NCBI GenBank assembly: GCA_041665345.1
Contig: JBAYJA010000001.1
Location: forward strand, 73,206 to 137,205
From: Patescibacteria group bacterium
GTDB taxonomy: Bacteria; Patescibacteriota; Patescibacteriia; PEXW01
Direction of reading: 5' to 3'
DNA length: 64,000 bases
This document shows positions 16,661 to 25,539 of the stretch, piece by piece. Within the stretch, counting starts at the first letter, position 1, and each line of letters begins with the position of its first letter. The notes beneath the pieces are model-generated. The model had not been told where the DNA came from, ran no database searches, and was given only the letters and a program-made list of their open reading frames with translations. Made by a program: the position numbers and the translations under genes.

Positions 16661-17644
16661 CTACGGCTGCAATCCAACCTGCCGCATGACTTCCTGCAGA
16701 GTTTGCTCTGCGACCTTTGCAGCCTGGGCATTGCCTTTTGCCAGGGTTGCGACCAGTTTTTTTGGTTGAGCCAAGAGGGCTGTGCGTTCCTCGCGGAAAT
16801 GCCCAAAAGTGCGGTCTAGCACGCCAGCCAGTTCGCTCTTCAAATCCGAGTAGCGGATGGTGCCCGCAGCTTCTTCACGCTTGAAGTGCTTGGTAGCAGT
16901 AGCGTCAAATTGGTCCAGGATAGTCAGGAGATTTTCCACTCCAGGGTTTGCTTCGCCGCCTTTGGTGGCTGTCACTGCTCGGGCAAGTTTCTTGGTGATC
17001 GTCTCAGGCTCATCTGACAGGTTTATGACATGCTGGTCACCCAAGGACTTGCTCATTTTTTTGGTTGGCTCCAACAAGCTCATCACTTTCGGGGTAGGCG
17101 TCAGAATTACCTTTGGCTCTGGGAAAGTTTCGCCAAACCGAGTATTGAATTTCCGTGCGAGGGTGCGGGTGAGCTCCACGTGCTGCACCTGGTCTTGGCC
17201 CACGGGCACGCCAAAGGGTTTGTACAGCAGAATGTCGGCAACCTGCAGCACTGGGTAGGTGAAGAGGCCCACGTTCACGTTTTCTTTCTGCCGAGCAGCC
17301 TTGTCCTTGTACTGGGTCATGCGCTCCAGCTCGCCCATGGGGGTGAGGGTATTGAAAATCCAAGCCAGCTGGCTATGGGCCGGAATGGCAGACTGCAGGA
17401 AGATGGTGGAGAGCTTGGGGTTTAGCCCTAGTGCCAGGAAGGTTGCGGCCACTTCCAAAATGTCTTGGGTTTTTTGCTTGGGGTCAAAATTCTCCGTGAG
17501 GGAGTGCAGGTCAGCAATGAAGAAGAAGCAGTCGTACTTGCCGCTGTCCTGTAGGTCAACGAAGTTCTTCAAAGCGCCCAGGTAATTTCCCAGGTGGAGC
17601 TTGCCAGTAGGCTGGATGCCAGAAATGATGCGCGGTTTGGACAT
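16661..17644 (-). CDS. trpS: Tryptophan-tRNA ligase
   Basis: SGIQPTGKLHLGNY, VPVGQDQ, KMSKS. Confidence 0.98.
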   Translation of the reverse strand: MSKPRIISGIQPTGKLHLGNYLGALKNFVDLQDSGKYDCFFFIADLHSLTENFDPKQKTQDILEVAATFLALGLNPKLSTIFLQSAIPAHSQLAWIFNTLTPMGELERMTQYKDKAARQKENVNVGLFTYPVLQVADILLYKPFGVPVGQDQVQHVELTRTLARKFNTRFGETFPEPKVILTPTPKVMSLLEPTKKMSKSLGDQHVINLSDEPETITKKLARAVTATKGGEANPGVENLLTILDQFDATATKHFKREEAAGTIRYSDLKSELAGVLDRTFGHFREERTALLAQPKKLVATLAKGNAQAAKVAEQTLQEVMRQVGLQP

Positions 17645-17664
17645 GAGGGTAGTATACCTACCTA

Positions 17665-17696
17665 TTGACATAACTGCCAACCTGTGGTAGTATAAT
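17665..17696 (+). promoter_or_regulatory. Promoter TTGACA-17-TAGTAT (overlapping TATAAT)
   Basis: Direct match upstream of the structured leader of 17890. Confidence 0.6.
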
Positions 17697-17889
17697 TTGT
17701 TTCATAGCACCTTAAAAATTACTTGCAAAACCTAGGTAGTCATAGCCAAAAGTGACCGAAGGTCATCCTCTGGTCCCGCTCTACAGCGGGATGAATTCCG
17801 CGATAGAGTCCATTCTCGGTATTTTCTGGCTATGACTACTCACAGTGAGTATTTGAGCATTTACATAAACCAAGAAGGAGGATGTCGCC

Positions 17890-18552
17890 ATGTCAGATAA
17901 CATGCCCCCATCCACAGATACACCGATAACTAGCGAACAGATTGACCGGCTCTATGAACGGTTTGTCGCCGGTCTGAAGAGTGGGATCGCGAAGTACGTC
18001 CATGAGAGCGAAGGTACTGCGTTGGTTGACGAGTTCGTTGCTCTAGTGGGCCGACGTGTCGAAGCGCGTATGCACGTCGCGAATATGCGTATTGAACTAG
18101 ATGTGCTTAGTCGCCGACCCTTTGACCCCGTACAGTTCCTCGGGAATAACTGGCGTATCGTCGACCGGATCGGAAAGCGTGGCGGTGACAGTTTGCGTGC
18201 TAGCGACATTGTCAGTAAGGTCTATTTACACGAAGGCGAGACCAGTATCAATGGAGGAGAGCTCCCCAATCGTATCAAGGCTAACCCTGATGATGTACAG
18301 CTTGATGCCGAAGACTTTCTTGCCCTCTGGCAGGAAAACGGTCATAAGATGCTGAATACGCTCTATGAGACAAAGGGTATAACCTGGTTGTCATTCTGGG
18401 GAACCATTCTGAAGTCTATGGGCAGACGTTACGTTCTCTATCTGGGTCGGCACGACTACGGTTCCTGGTTTTGGAGCTTTGCTTTCATTGACGCCGACGA
18501 CTGGGATGCCGATCATCCCGCGGGTGTGTACAAAAGAAGTTCTTTGGGCTGA
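17890..18552 (+). CDS. Hypothetical protein, putative DGR target-like, paralogue of 542..1204
   Basis: 220 aa, SD AAGGAGG, extensive motif identity with 542..1204; terminator at about 18561..18611. Confidence 0.75.
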   Translation: MSDNMPPSTDTPITSEQIDRLYERFVAGLKSGIAKYVHESEGTALVDEFVALVGRRVEARMHVANMRIELDVLSRRPFDPVQFLGNNWRIVDRIGKRGGDSLRASDIVSKVYLHEGETSINGGELPNRIKANPDDVQLDAEDFLALWQENGHKMLNTLYETKGITWLSFWGTILKSMGRRYVLYLGRHDYGSWFWSFAFIDADDWDADHPAGVYKRSSLG

Positions 18553-18883
18553 ATCTCAAAATCCTGCATCTTGATTTCGTTACAAACGAATGATGGATGC
18601 AGGGTTTTTTTGTCCAATGAATGATGGCAATAAGTATATTTTCCGCCTCCCCCAACGGCATTATCGGGGTAGGGACGTAGAGACTTATTCATAAAACCCA
18701 GAGCGGCTTTTCTAAGCCGCGGTGGTTTGTTGGTGACGAACGGGCGGGAGGATCTCCGAAGAGTGTAACCTCCCACGGAGATTCTAAGTCCCACTACTGT
18801 GGGACTTAGAATGACAGTAAAGGGATAATCCAAAACCCCCGCCTCAGGTGTGGGGCGGGGGAGCGAGTTATGTAGATCTTCGC

Positions 18884-21800
18884 TTACTGCGTTTTCACAC
18901 TCACAGTGCCGGAACAACCATCTGGGTTCACCACTTTCATGGTGTAGGCCTTGTTTTTGGTAAGCAGCGTTCCATTGAGCGTAGCGGTGATTTGTCCGCT
19001 ATTTTTGAATTTAACAGCCGTTGGCACGCCGCCAATACTCACGACCACGTTCCGGTCAAAGTTTTTACCCGTGATTGTCAGTACAGCCTTCGCGTTTGTC
19101 GTTGCAAGTTTCCCAGTGACTTTCAGAGAGGCTGGTTTGAGAACCTTGAGACGCACTGCGGTGCCAGCAATGCTAATGCGTGCGCTGCTCTCATTGAGAC
19201 TGGTGGGGGTAAATTTTCCCTTGCTAAAGCCGTAGACCTTTAGGCTGTTCTTCCCTCGGTTCTGTACCAGGACGGTGAGGCTGGCAACACCCGCCTGCTG
19301 CGCTTCCAGCGTGGTGACCCGAACCGTACTGTTCGATTTTGCGCCAGTGTCTACGGCGTATGATGCAAATTTTTTCATTGCATCAAAGACGAGCACTTTG
19401 TTCTTCCCTGTTGACTGACTGGTCACAATATCACTCTTGCCGTCTTTGGTGATATCCGCCAACAGTAGATTAATGGCGCCATTGTTCTTAAACGGGGCTA
19501 GCGTTTTGTACAACTTTCCACTGAGGGTGAATACTTTCACGCTGCTCGTGCCTTTCTTCAGATTCTCACTTGGGGAGACGAAGATGAGCTGACCTGTTTT
19601 CCCACCAAAGTTCGTGGTTGCAACATTCAGCGCAGTCCCAGCAAAGGCGGTAATGGTCTTTGCTTTCTTGCCTGTCCCAATGGTGAATTTCCCTTTGTTC
19701 TTCCCGGTGCCCACGCTCACCGCAGTGTTGGCTTTCGCTTTCCCGTTGGAGGTTGGGCTCCACTTGGAGAAGTGGTCACTGGTGACGGTCAACGTGTTAT
19801 TCGTAGCATCTTGCGTGGCATTTGATGGGGTTTTCCACGTATTCGTGGTGTCGTCAAAGTAGCGGGGGAGTAAGGCGCTTTCATCAACGCCCGCACCCTC
19901 CAGCATTTTGTCCGTGTACTTGAAGGTGATCGTGACGTTCGAATTGAACTTCGTGATCTCCGCCCCGGTTGTAGCATTCGTCGCTTTGAAGTCGTACCCG
20001 TACCAGGCGGGTTTCGCATCTGCCTGGCTCATCAAATTGGCTGTTGGCGTTGCCGTGATGGTGACATTCCCACTCGTCGCGAAGGCAGAAGCGCCAGCGA
20101 CCACGGTGGTACCATCTTCCAGGGTCATGGAGAATGCTTGGGTCGCATCTGTGGTTTGTGAAACTGGATTGGGGATGCGGAAGTTCGCATTCTTTGACAG
20201 GACGAAGTTCTGCGTAATGGCTTTTTGCGTGCCGTCGACGACAATGGTCACCTCTTCGCTGCGGAAGAAGTCATTGCCAGCCGGAGCATCACAGCCAATG
20301 TGCCACACACCCTTGGAAACGTTGATTTCGTACTTCCCAGCTTGGACTTGCCCACCGGAGAAGTTCCCAGATTCCTCCCAGCCGTGGCACCAACCAAACT
20401 GGCCACCCCCCACAACCTTCCCGGTGATTTTGGCGTCTGCTTGGCGGAGGGCGAAGGTGAGATTCGCAGTTCTCGCACTCCCGCGGAAATCAACCGTTTG
20501 CGCTTGGGCAGGCATCCAGGGCGAACCCGGCGGGGGATTCACGCGTACTTCGTACAGGTGCCCGCTTAGAGTCGAAAGCGTCGCAACGCCTTTCGCATTC
20601 GTCATGGTGTTCGTGTGCAGGACGTTTTTAAAGTCCTCTGGTTTTGGCCCACTTCCCATGACTTGATTTCCTTGATCAGTGCTTTCACCTTTCACTTTGC
20701 CCTTAAAGAAAGACGCACCGGTGAGACCGCTTTCCCCACCAGCTGGCGGAGCGAAATCTCTACACATTTTTTCATTTTCCGGTTTTGAGCAGACCGCCTT
20801 GCACTCCGCTTCGGATTTGCAACCACCGGGGCCGGTCTGCGGGCCACTTGGGCCTTTGTCTGGTCCTTTAAATTTTCCACACTCCGCTTGGTTCGTCGGC
20901 ACCATGCAAAATTTCACACAGCTACCCACGTTTTTGCAACCACCTGGGCCAGTGGAAATGTCAGGCAGCTTCATTGCCTCACACTTCTTAATTTGCGCTG
21001 CGTCCTTCTTTTGGTAGGCTTTCATGCACACCTCAAATGCATCACCTTCTTTCCCATTCTTGTCCTTAAACTGGGCAGCGCCAAGATCCTTCGGGCCGTT
21101 GTTGGAACCACCTTGGTCTCCGGGTTTCCCAAAGAGTTCAATTTCGTTTCCCGCGTCAGCAAATGCCTGCACAGGGGCGCCGGTGGGATCTACCACAGAA
21201 ATGTTGATTTTTGCATCACCAACCAGAGCGGTAATGTTCTTCACCACATTCTCACCTGCGTGCACTTCAACCTTGTCTTGGCCTTGGTTCGTGTTCAGCA
21301 AGCCCGTACCGTCACTGAAGTGGTAGTTAAACTGGTAGGTACCAGCCACCACTGAGACTTTGTAACTGCAATCCGACATGAATTGCACGCCTCGGCCGCC
21401 TTTTTCCGTGCTATTCACAAAGATATCGCCGAAGCTGAACTGACCAGCCGGTGGGGTGCAGGTCGTTAGCGGAATGCCATTCTGGTCCACCAGCGCGCCG
21501 TAGATGGAGGAGTTGTTCTTGACGACCCGAAGCGTTGCGGTGCTTGTGCTGTCTGCAACCACGGAGACGGTCGTGGCTTCTGCCATGGAGTACTCAGCCT
21601 CGGGTGGCAGGTTAATACCTAGTTTGACCAAGGAGAAGACGGAGGACGGCATTTTAATGGTTGCGTGCCCATCTTGCATCAGCGGGCCGCCAAAGTTCTG
21701 GCCAGGGCCAAATTGGTCCTCACCGGCTTTTTGTGCGTACACGTAGCCATTCAGGCCGGTCGCCAAGGTGCCGTCTTCCTTCATCACGCTCACGAGGATA

Positions 21801-22798
21801 GTGGCATCGGCTTTTACGATTGTAATGTCGCCAAAGCCAAATGCGGAGGTGTCGGTATCGAGTGTCGTCTCCAGAGGCTTCCCATTGTAGACGTAGGATG
21901 GTAAACCAGCATCTTCAGGTCGCTGGTAATTGTCCACGTTCAAATTGCAGCGCCCGGCAAGGATTGCAAGATCAAAGGTGCCATCCGCACCTGAGGTGGC
22001 ATTGCCGTTGACCCCCGGCTGTGGGCCATTCTGGGCTCCAGACGCACCCGGAGTCATGCAGAATGCATTCATACGAATTCCCGAGACAGGCGTACCACTT
22101 CCATCAATCAGCCGACCGGTGAGATGCGCGGTCTTTGCTTTCACCACGAAGTTTGCGGTGATGGTTTGGCCATCAGCAATGACCACTGCGGTTTGCGGGG
22201 CAGACAAGGTTTGATCTGGGCTCCAGAAGCCAAGGTTAAAAGATCCCGCTGGTACGCGCATGGTGTAGCTGCCGTCCGTCACGCGGGCATTGCCACCTCC
22301 ACCCGGGCCGCTCGTTGACCAAGCGTTGATATTTGCATCCGTAATCGCTACCCCGTCCTTCGTGACGGATCCGGTGATTGTGGCCGTTGCTTTGGTCACT
22401 TGGAAATTGAGTGTACGACTTTCTGTTGTTGCATCAGCACTGAATGCAATATCCGGGATTTGCTCATTGAACGTCCAGTCAGTAGCGGAGTTTGTGTCAA
22501 AGTTTGCCCCGTACAATGATCCTGCAGGCAGGAAGACACTAAAATTTCCGGAAGCGTCGGTTGTGGCGTCGCCACCCCCAAAACCCGTTTGGGTTTTTGG
22601 CCAGAAGTGCAGTAGTGCACCGGCAACTGGGGTGGTGGTTCCTTTGTACACCACCGTTCCGGTAATGTTCTTTGGTCGTTCTTCGGCTCGGGCGGAAAAG
22701 GTGTTGAAGACATTTCCCCCCAGCGGACCAGCGAGGGTGATGAGCACTGTCAGCATACCTACGCTGGCACGGACTATCCGAAACGTTGACTTCTTCAT
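18884..22798 (-). CDS. Large secreted surface protein: carboxypeptidase-regulatory-like beta repeats, Cys-rich GPGGC repeats, FG-GAP-like and IPT/TIG-like C-terminus
   Basis: Signal peptide MKKSTF..ARA; ITGTV/TDASGNF repeats; GPGGCK..C...C x2; DITKDGKSDIV; LTITGKNF, VVNPDG. Confidence 0.75.
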   Translation of the reverse strand: MKKSTFRIVRASVGMLTVLITLAGPLGGNVFNTFSARAEERPKNITGTVVYKGTTTPVAGALLHFWPKTQTGFGGGDATTDASGNFSVFLPAGSLYGANFDTNSATDWTFNEQIPDIAFSADATTESRTLNFQVTKATATITGSVTKDGVAITDANINAWSTSGPGGGGNARVTDGSYTMRVPAGSFNLGFWSPDQTLSAPQTAVVIADGQTITANFVVKAKTAHLTGRLIDGSGTPVSGIRMNAFCMTPGASGAQNGPQPGVNGNATSGADGTFDLAILAGRCNLNVDNYQRPEDAGLPSYVYNGKPLETTLDTDTSAFGFGDITIVKADATILVSVMKEDGTLATGLNGYVYAQKAGEDQFGPGQNFGGPLMQDGHATIKMPSSVFSLVKLGINLPPEAEYSMAEATTVSVVADSTSTATLRVVKNNSSIYGALVDQNGIPLTTCTPPAGQFSFGDIFVNSTEKGGRGVQFMSDCSYKVSVVAGTYQFNYHFSDGTGLLNTNQGQDKVEVHAGENVVKNITALVGDAKINISVVDPTGAPVQAFADAGNEIELFGKPGDQGGSNNGPKDLGAAQFKDKNGKEGDAFEVCMKAYQKKDAAQIKKCEAMKLPDISTGPGGCKNVGSCVKFCMVPTNQAECGKFKGPDKGPSGPQTGPGGCKSEAECKAVCSKPENEKMCRDFAPPAGGESGLTGASFFKGKVKGESTDQGNQVMGSGPKPEDFKNVLHTNTMTNAKGVATLSTLSGHLYEVRVNPPPGSPWMPAQAQTVDFRGSARTANLTFALRQADAKITGKVVGGGQFGWCHGWEESGNFSGGQVQAGKYEINVSKGVWHIGCDAPAGNDFFRSEEVTIVVDGTQKAITQNFVLSKNANFRIPNPVSQTTDATQAFSMTLEDGTTVVAGASAFATSGNVTITATPTANLMSQADAKPAWYGYDFKATNATTGAEITKFNSNVTITFKYTDKMLEGAGVDESALLPRYFDDTTNTWKTPSNATQDATNNTLTVTSDHFSKWSPTSNGKAKANTAVSVGTGKNKGKFTIGTGKKAKTITAFAGTALNVATTNFGGKTGQLIFVSPSENLKKGTSSVKVFTLSGKLYKTLAPFKNNGAINLLLADITKDGKSDIVTSQSTGKNKVLVFDAMKKFASYAVDTGAKSNSTVRVTTLEAQQAGVASLTVLVQNRGKNSLKVYGFSKGKFTPTSLNESSARISIAGTAVRLKVLKPASLKVTGKLATTNAKAVLTITGKNFDRNVVVSIGGVPTAVKFKNSGQITATLNGTLLTKNKAYTMKVVNPDGCSGTVSVKTQ

Positions 22799-23038
22799 AC
22801 AGAAGGAAGAGTTAAGGAGAAACGAAAAACCGACCGCCGACAAACGATCGGAAAAAAAGTGAAGAAATTTGGGCGAAGTCACTCATGGAGTAGCCGACAA
22901 GCAAACGACCTTGAGGACTGAAAAGTGATTATACTATACCAAACTCCTACCTGAGTAGGCAAATGAAGGATCAAGACTATCCGAAACCTCAACCTTCTGC
23001 GTTGTCAGTTGTTCGTCGTGCGTTGTCTGTTGTTTACC

Positions 23039-24781
23039 CTACACGTCCAGAATCACTGGGATAATCATGGGCCGGCGTTCGGTCTTCTGGAAGAGGAAGG
23101 TGCCCAGGCCATCGCGGAGGCGGGTACTCAGGTAGCCTTCGTTCACCCCCGTGCGTTTGTCAACGTCTTTCAGCAGCGCGTGAACTTTCTTCTTTATCTC
23201 TTCCAGGAGGCGGGTGTTGGTCTTGGCGTACACAAACCCATGGGTGATGATGTGCAGGTCGTTGACCAGCTTCCCAGTTGTTCGTTCCACTTTGGCAATG
23301 ACCACCACCATGCCGTCACTGGCCAGGGTTTGGCGGTCACTGAGCACAACGTTGGATACGTCACCGACACCCAGTCCATCCACAAATACGTAGTCGGTCC
23401 GCACTTTCTGGGGGTAGAGTTTGGGCTTGCCGTGGGTGAACTCCAAGACGTTGCCGTTGTCCAGCACAAAACTTTTGTCTTTTGGAAAACCTTCTCGAAG
23501 TGCCAGCTTCTGTGCTTCTTTCAGGAAGTAGTGGTTGGCGTAGACGGGTAAGAAGAAGGTGGGCCGGATTTGCTTCAGCACGGCCATCATATCCGTGGCG
23601 GTGCTGTGGCCAGACGTGTGCACGTCCATGATGTCGCTATGAATGACATTATCCGTGAGTCGGTAGAGGTTGTCCTTCAAGCGCTGGATCGTCCGCTCGT
23701 TCCCCGGGATGACCGAGGAAGAGAAGACAATGGTATCCGTCTTTCGGATTTTCACCGTGCGGTGGTCGCCATTCACAATCCGGGACAGGGCAGCATTACT
23801 CTCGCCTTGCGCGCCGGTGCAGAGAATGATGACGCGACGGTCGGGGTAGTCATGAATGCGGTCAATGGGAATCAGCAATTCTTTCCGCATCTGGATGTAC
23901 CCAAGCTGCTTGGCGATTTCCACATTGGTTTTCATACTGAATCCATCCAAGGCAACTTTCTTGCCCAGTTTTTGGGCAAACTCCAGGAGGTGCTTGATGC
24001 GCTCCAGCTGGCTGGAGAAGGTGCCAATGATCAACCGGCCTGGTGCCTCGCGTACGAGTTTTTCCAAATTGGCGTACATCACCCGTTCTGGCACGCGCTC
24101 TTTGGTGCTCATGGAACCCAAGGATTCCAACATGAGAATGGACGGCTTGGGTACGTTGCGGAGTTGGGTGTACTCAATGCTCTGCCGACCCACTGGGTCT
24201 TTCTCGTACGTCCAGTCACCTGGGTGGATGACGGAGCCGTGTGGGGTTTGGATCACCACGCCCACTGCGTCCATGATGGAGTGGTCGACGGGGAAGAAGC
24301 TAATCTGGAAAGCGCCCAGCCGCAGCCGGTCTGTCACTTTCTTAATGACAATGGTGCGCAAATTCTTTGCTGCGCCTTTCTGGTAGTCCTCCACGCGGTG
24401 CTTGATCATCGCCAAGGTGAGCGGGCGGCCAGCAATTTGCGGGTAGCCCAGCTGCTCCAGCAGAATGGCGGAGGCGCCAATGTGGTCCAGGTGGCCGTGG
24501 CTGAAAATCACCCCGCGGATGCGGCGCTCTTTACCTTTCAGGTAGGAGAGGTTGGGAATGATGTAATCCACCCCGGGCATGTCCTCCTCCGGGAACTGCA
24601 CGCCCATGTCCAAGATAATGATGTCATTTCCGTATTCGAAGATGGTGCAGTTGCGTCCCACTTCTTCGTTGCCGCCAATGGGAATAATCCGCAGGCAGTC
24701 CTTGGGCGGGAGGTTGAGCGAGGGTTCTGGCCGCACGAAGCGGCGGGTTGGTGTTGGTCGTTGTCGTCTATTTTTTGCCAT
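23039..24781 (-). CDS. rnj: Ribonuclease J
   Basis: PIGGNEEVGRNC, SHGHLDHIG, TGAQGE, HTSGH, RRPMIIPV. Confidence 0.96.
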   Translation of the reverse strand: MAKNRRQRPTPTRRFVRPEPSLNLPPKDCLRIIPIGGNEEVGRNCTIFEYGNDIIILDMGVQFPEEDMPGVDYIIPNLSYLKGKERRIRGVIFSHGHLDHIGASAILLEQLGYPQIAGRPLTLAMIKHRVEDYQKGAAKNLRTIVIKKVTDRLRLGAFQISFFPVDHSIMDAVGVVIQTPHGSVIHPGDWTYEKDPVGRQSIEYTQLRNVPKPSILMLESLGSMSTKERVPERVMYANLEKLVREAPGRLIIGTFSSQLERIKHLLEFAQKLGKKVALDGFSMKTNVEIAKQLGYIQMRKELLIPIDRIHDYPDRRVIILCTGAQGESNAALSRIVNGDHRTVKIRKTDTIVFSSSVIPGNERTIQRLKDNLYRLTDNVIHSDIMDVHTSGHSTATDMMAVLKQIRPTFFLPVYANHYFLKEAQKLALREGFPKDKSFVLDNGNVLEFTHGKPKLYPQKVRTDYVFVDGLGVGDVSNVVLSDRQTLASDGMVVVIAKVERTTGKLVNDLHIITHGFVYAKTNTRLLEEIKKKVHALLKDVDKRTGVNEGYLSTRLRDGLGTFLFQKTERRPMIIPVILDV

Positions 24782-24949
24782 GTTGTTTGATAATTGAGAT
24801 TCGAGAGTTGCAGGCATTGCCTACAGTAAAAAGTGAGATTAGTGGTGAACGTAATTGAGGTTACCGAAGAAGGTTACAGGTTTTGCATTCCCGGATCCCC
24901 GTTGAGCGGAAGCACAGCCCGCTCTGGGGCGAGCACTGAACACTATCTT

Positions 24950-25006
24950 GGGGTCCCCACAGACGTGGCGCGCAACCATGTCTTCATGGTGAGCACGCGT
25001 CTGTGG
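24950..25006. repeat. Covarying hairpin element, copy 1
   Basis: GGGGTCCCCACAGACGTGGCGCG-hairpin-GAGCACGCGTCTGTGG; copies at 55466 and 59108. Confidence 0.75.
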
Positions 25007-25050
25007 ACCGGTGTGCCAGTCTTTTGTCCCACAAAGTTGTGAATTCAGAT

Positions 25051-25149
25051 GGCTCGCCAGCCGTAGCCCGAGAACAAACGTCGTGTCCTCCTACGCTCGG
25101 AAGCTTCGGAGGACAGCCTTCGCCCTCGTCAAAGCCCGAGGGCGAAGGC
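25051..25149 (-). repeat. 99-bp tRNA 3' trailer element, copy 1
   Basis: Abuts tRNA CCA; homologous to 55656..55754. Confidence 0.8.
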
Positions 25150-25236
25150 TGGTGCCGGAGAGAGGACTTGAACCTCCATGGGATTGCTCCCACACGGCTC
25201 TGAACCGTGCGTGTATACCAATTTCACCACTCCGGC
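25150..25236 (-). tRNA. tRNA-Leu(CAG)
   Basis: GCCGGAG acceptor, CACGG-TTCAGAG-CCGTG anticodon arm, long variable arm, GTTCAAGTC, encoded CCA. Confidence 0.96.
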
Positions 25237-25539
25237 GTATGGTTCGCCATTTCTTATAAACGGCGGCTAACGAATGACGTGCCCCGCAGAACGCAGGGGA
25301 AAGCACTGATACTACCAGGGAAAAGGTACTTTGTCAAGCCTTCATGCTGGTATTGTACCGTGAGGCTGGGGACTTACCTAGTAGCAAGTATTTGCTACAC
25401 GATAGAAGGTTTCGTTTTCGGTAGCGGTATTGATGGAGGGGCGAGGCATGCTCGAAGACGTGCATTGCTTCCTATCATATTGCTCACAACTTCTATCAAT
25501 ACCTCCATCCCAACCAATACCTTCAATCCAAAACCCCTG

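Noticed and set aside
23570-24790. 406-aa ORF antisense to rnj, and similar shadows at 3586..4623, 39832..40659, 50912..51919, 59047..60156 and 62230..63213
   Set aside because: They overlap well-supported genes on the opposite strand, lack motifs, and are explained by codon bias.
25150-25236. tRNA genes as prophage or island att sites
   Set aside because: No duplicated tRNA 3' end and no integrase nearby for either tRNA.
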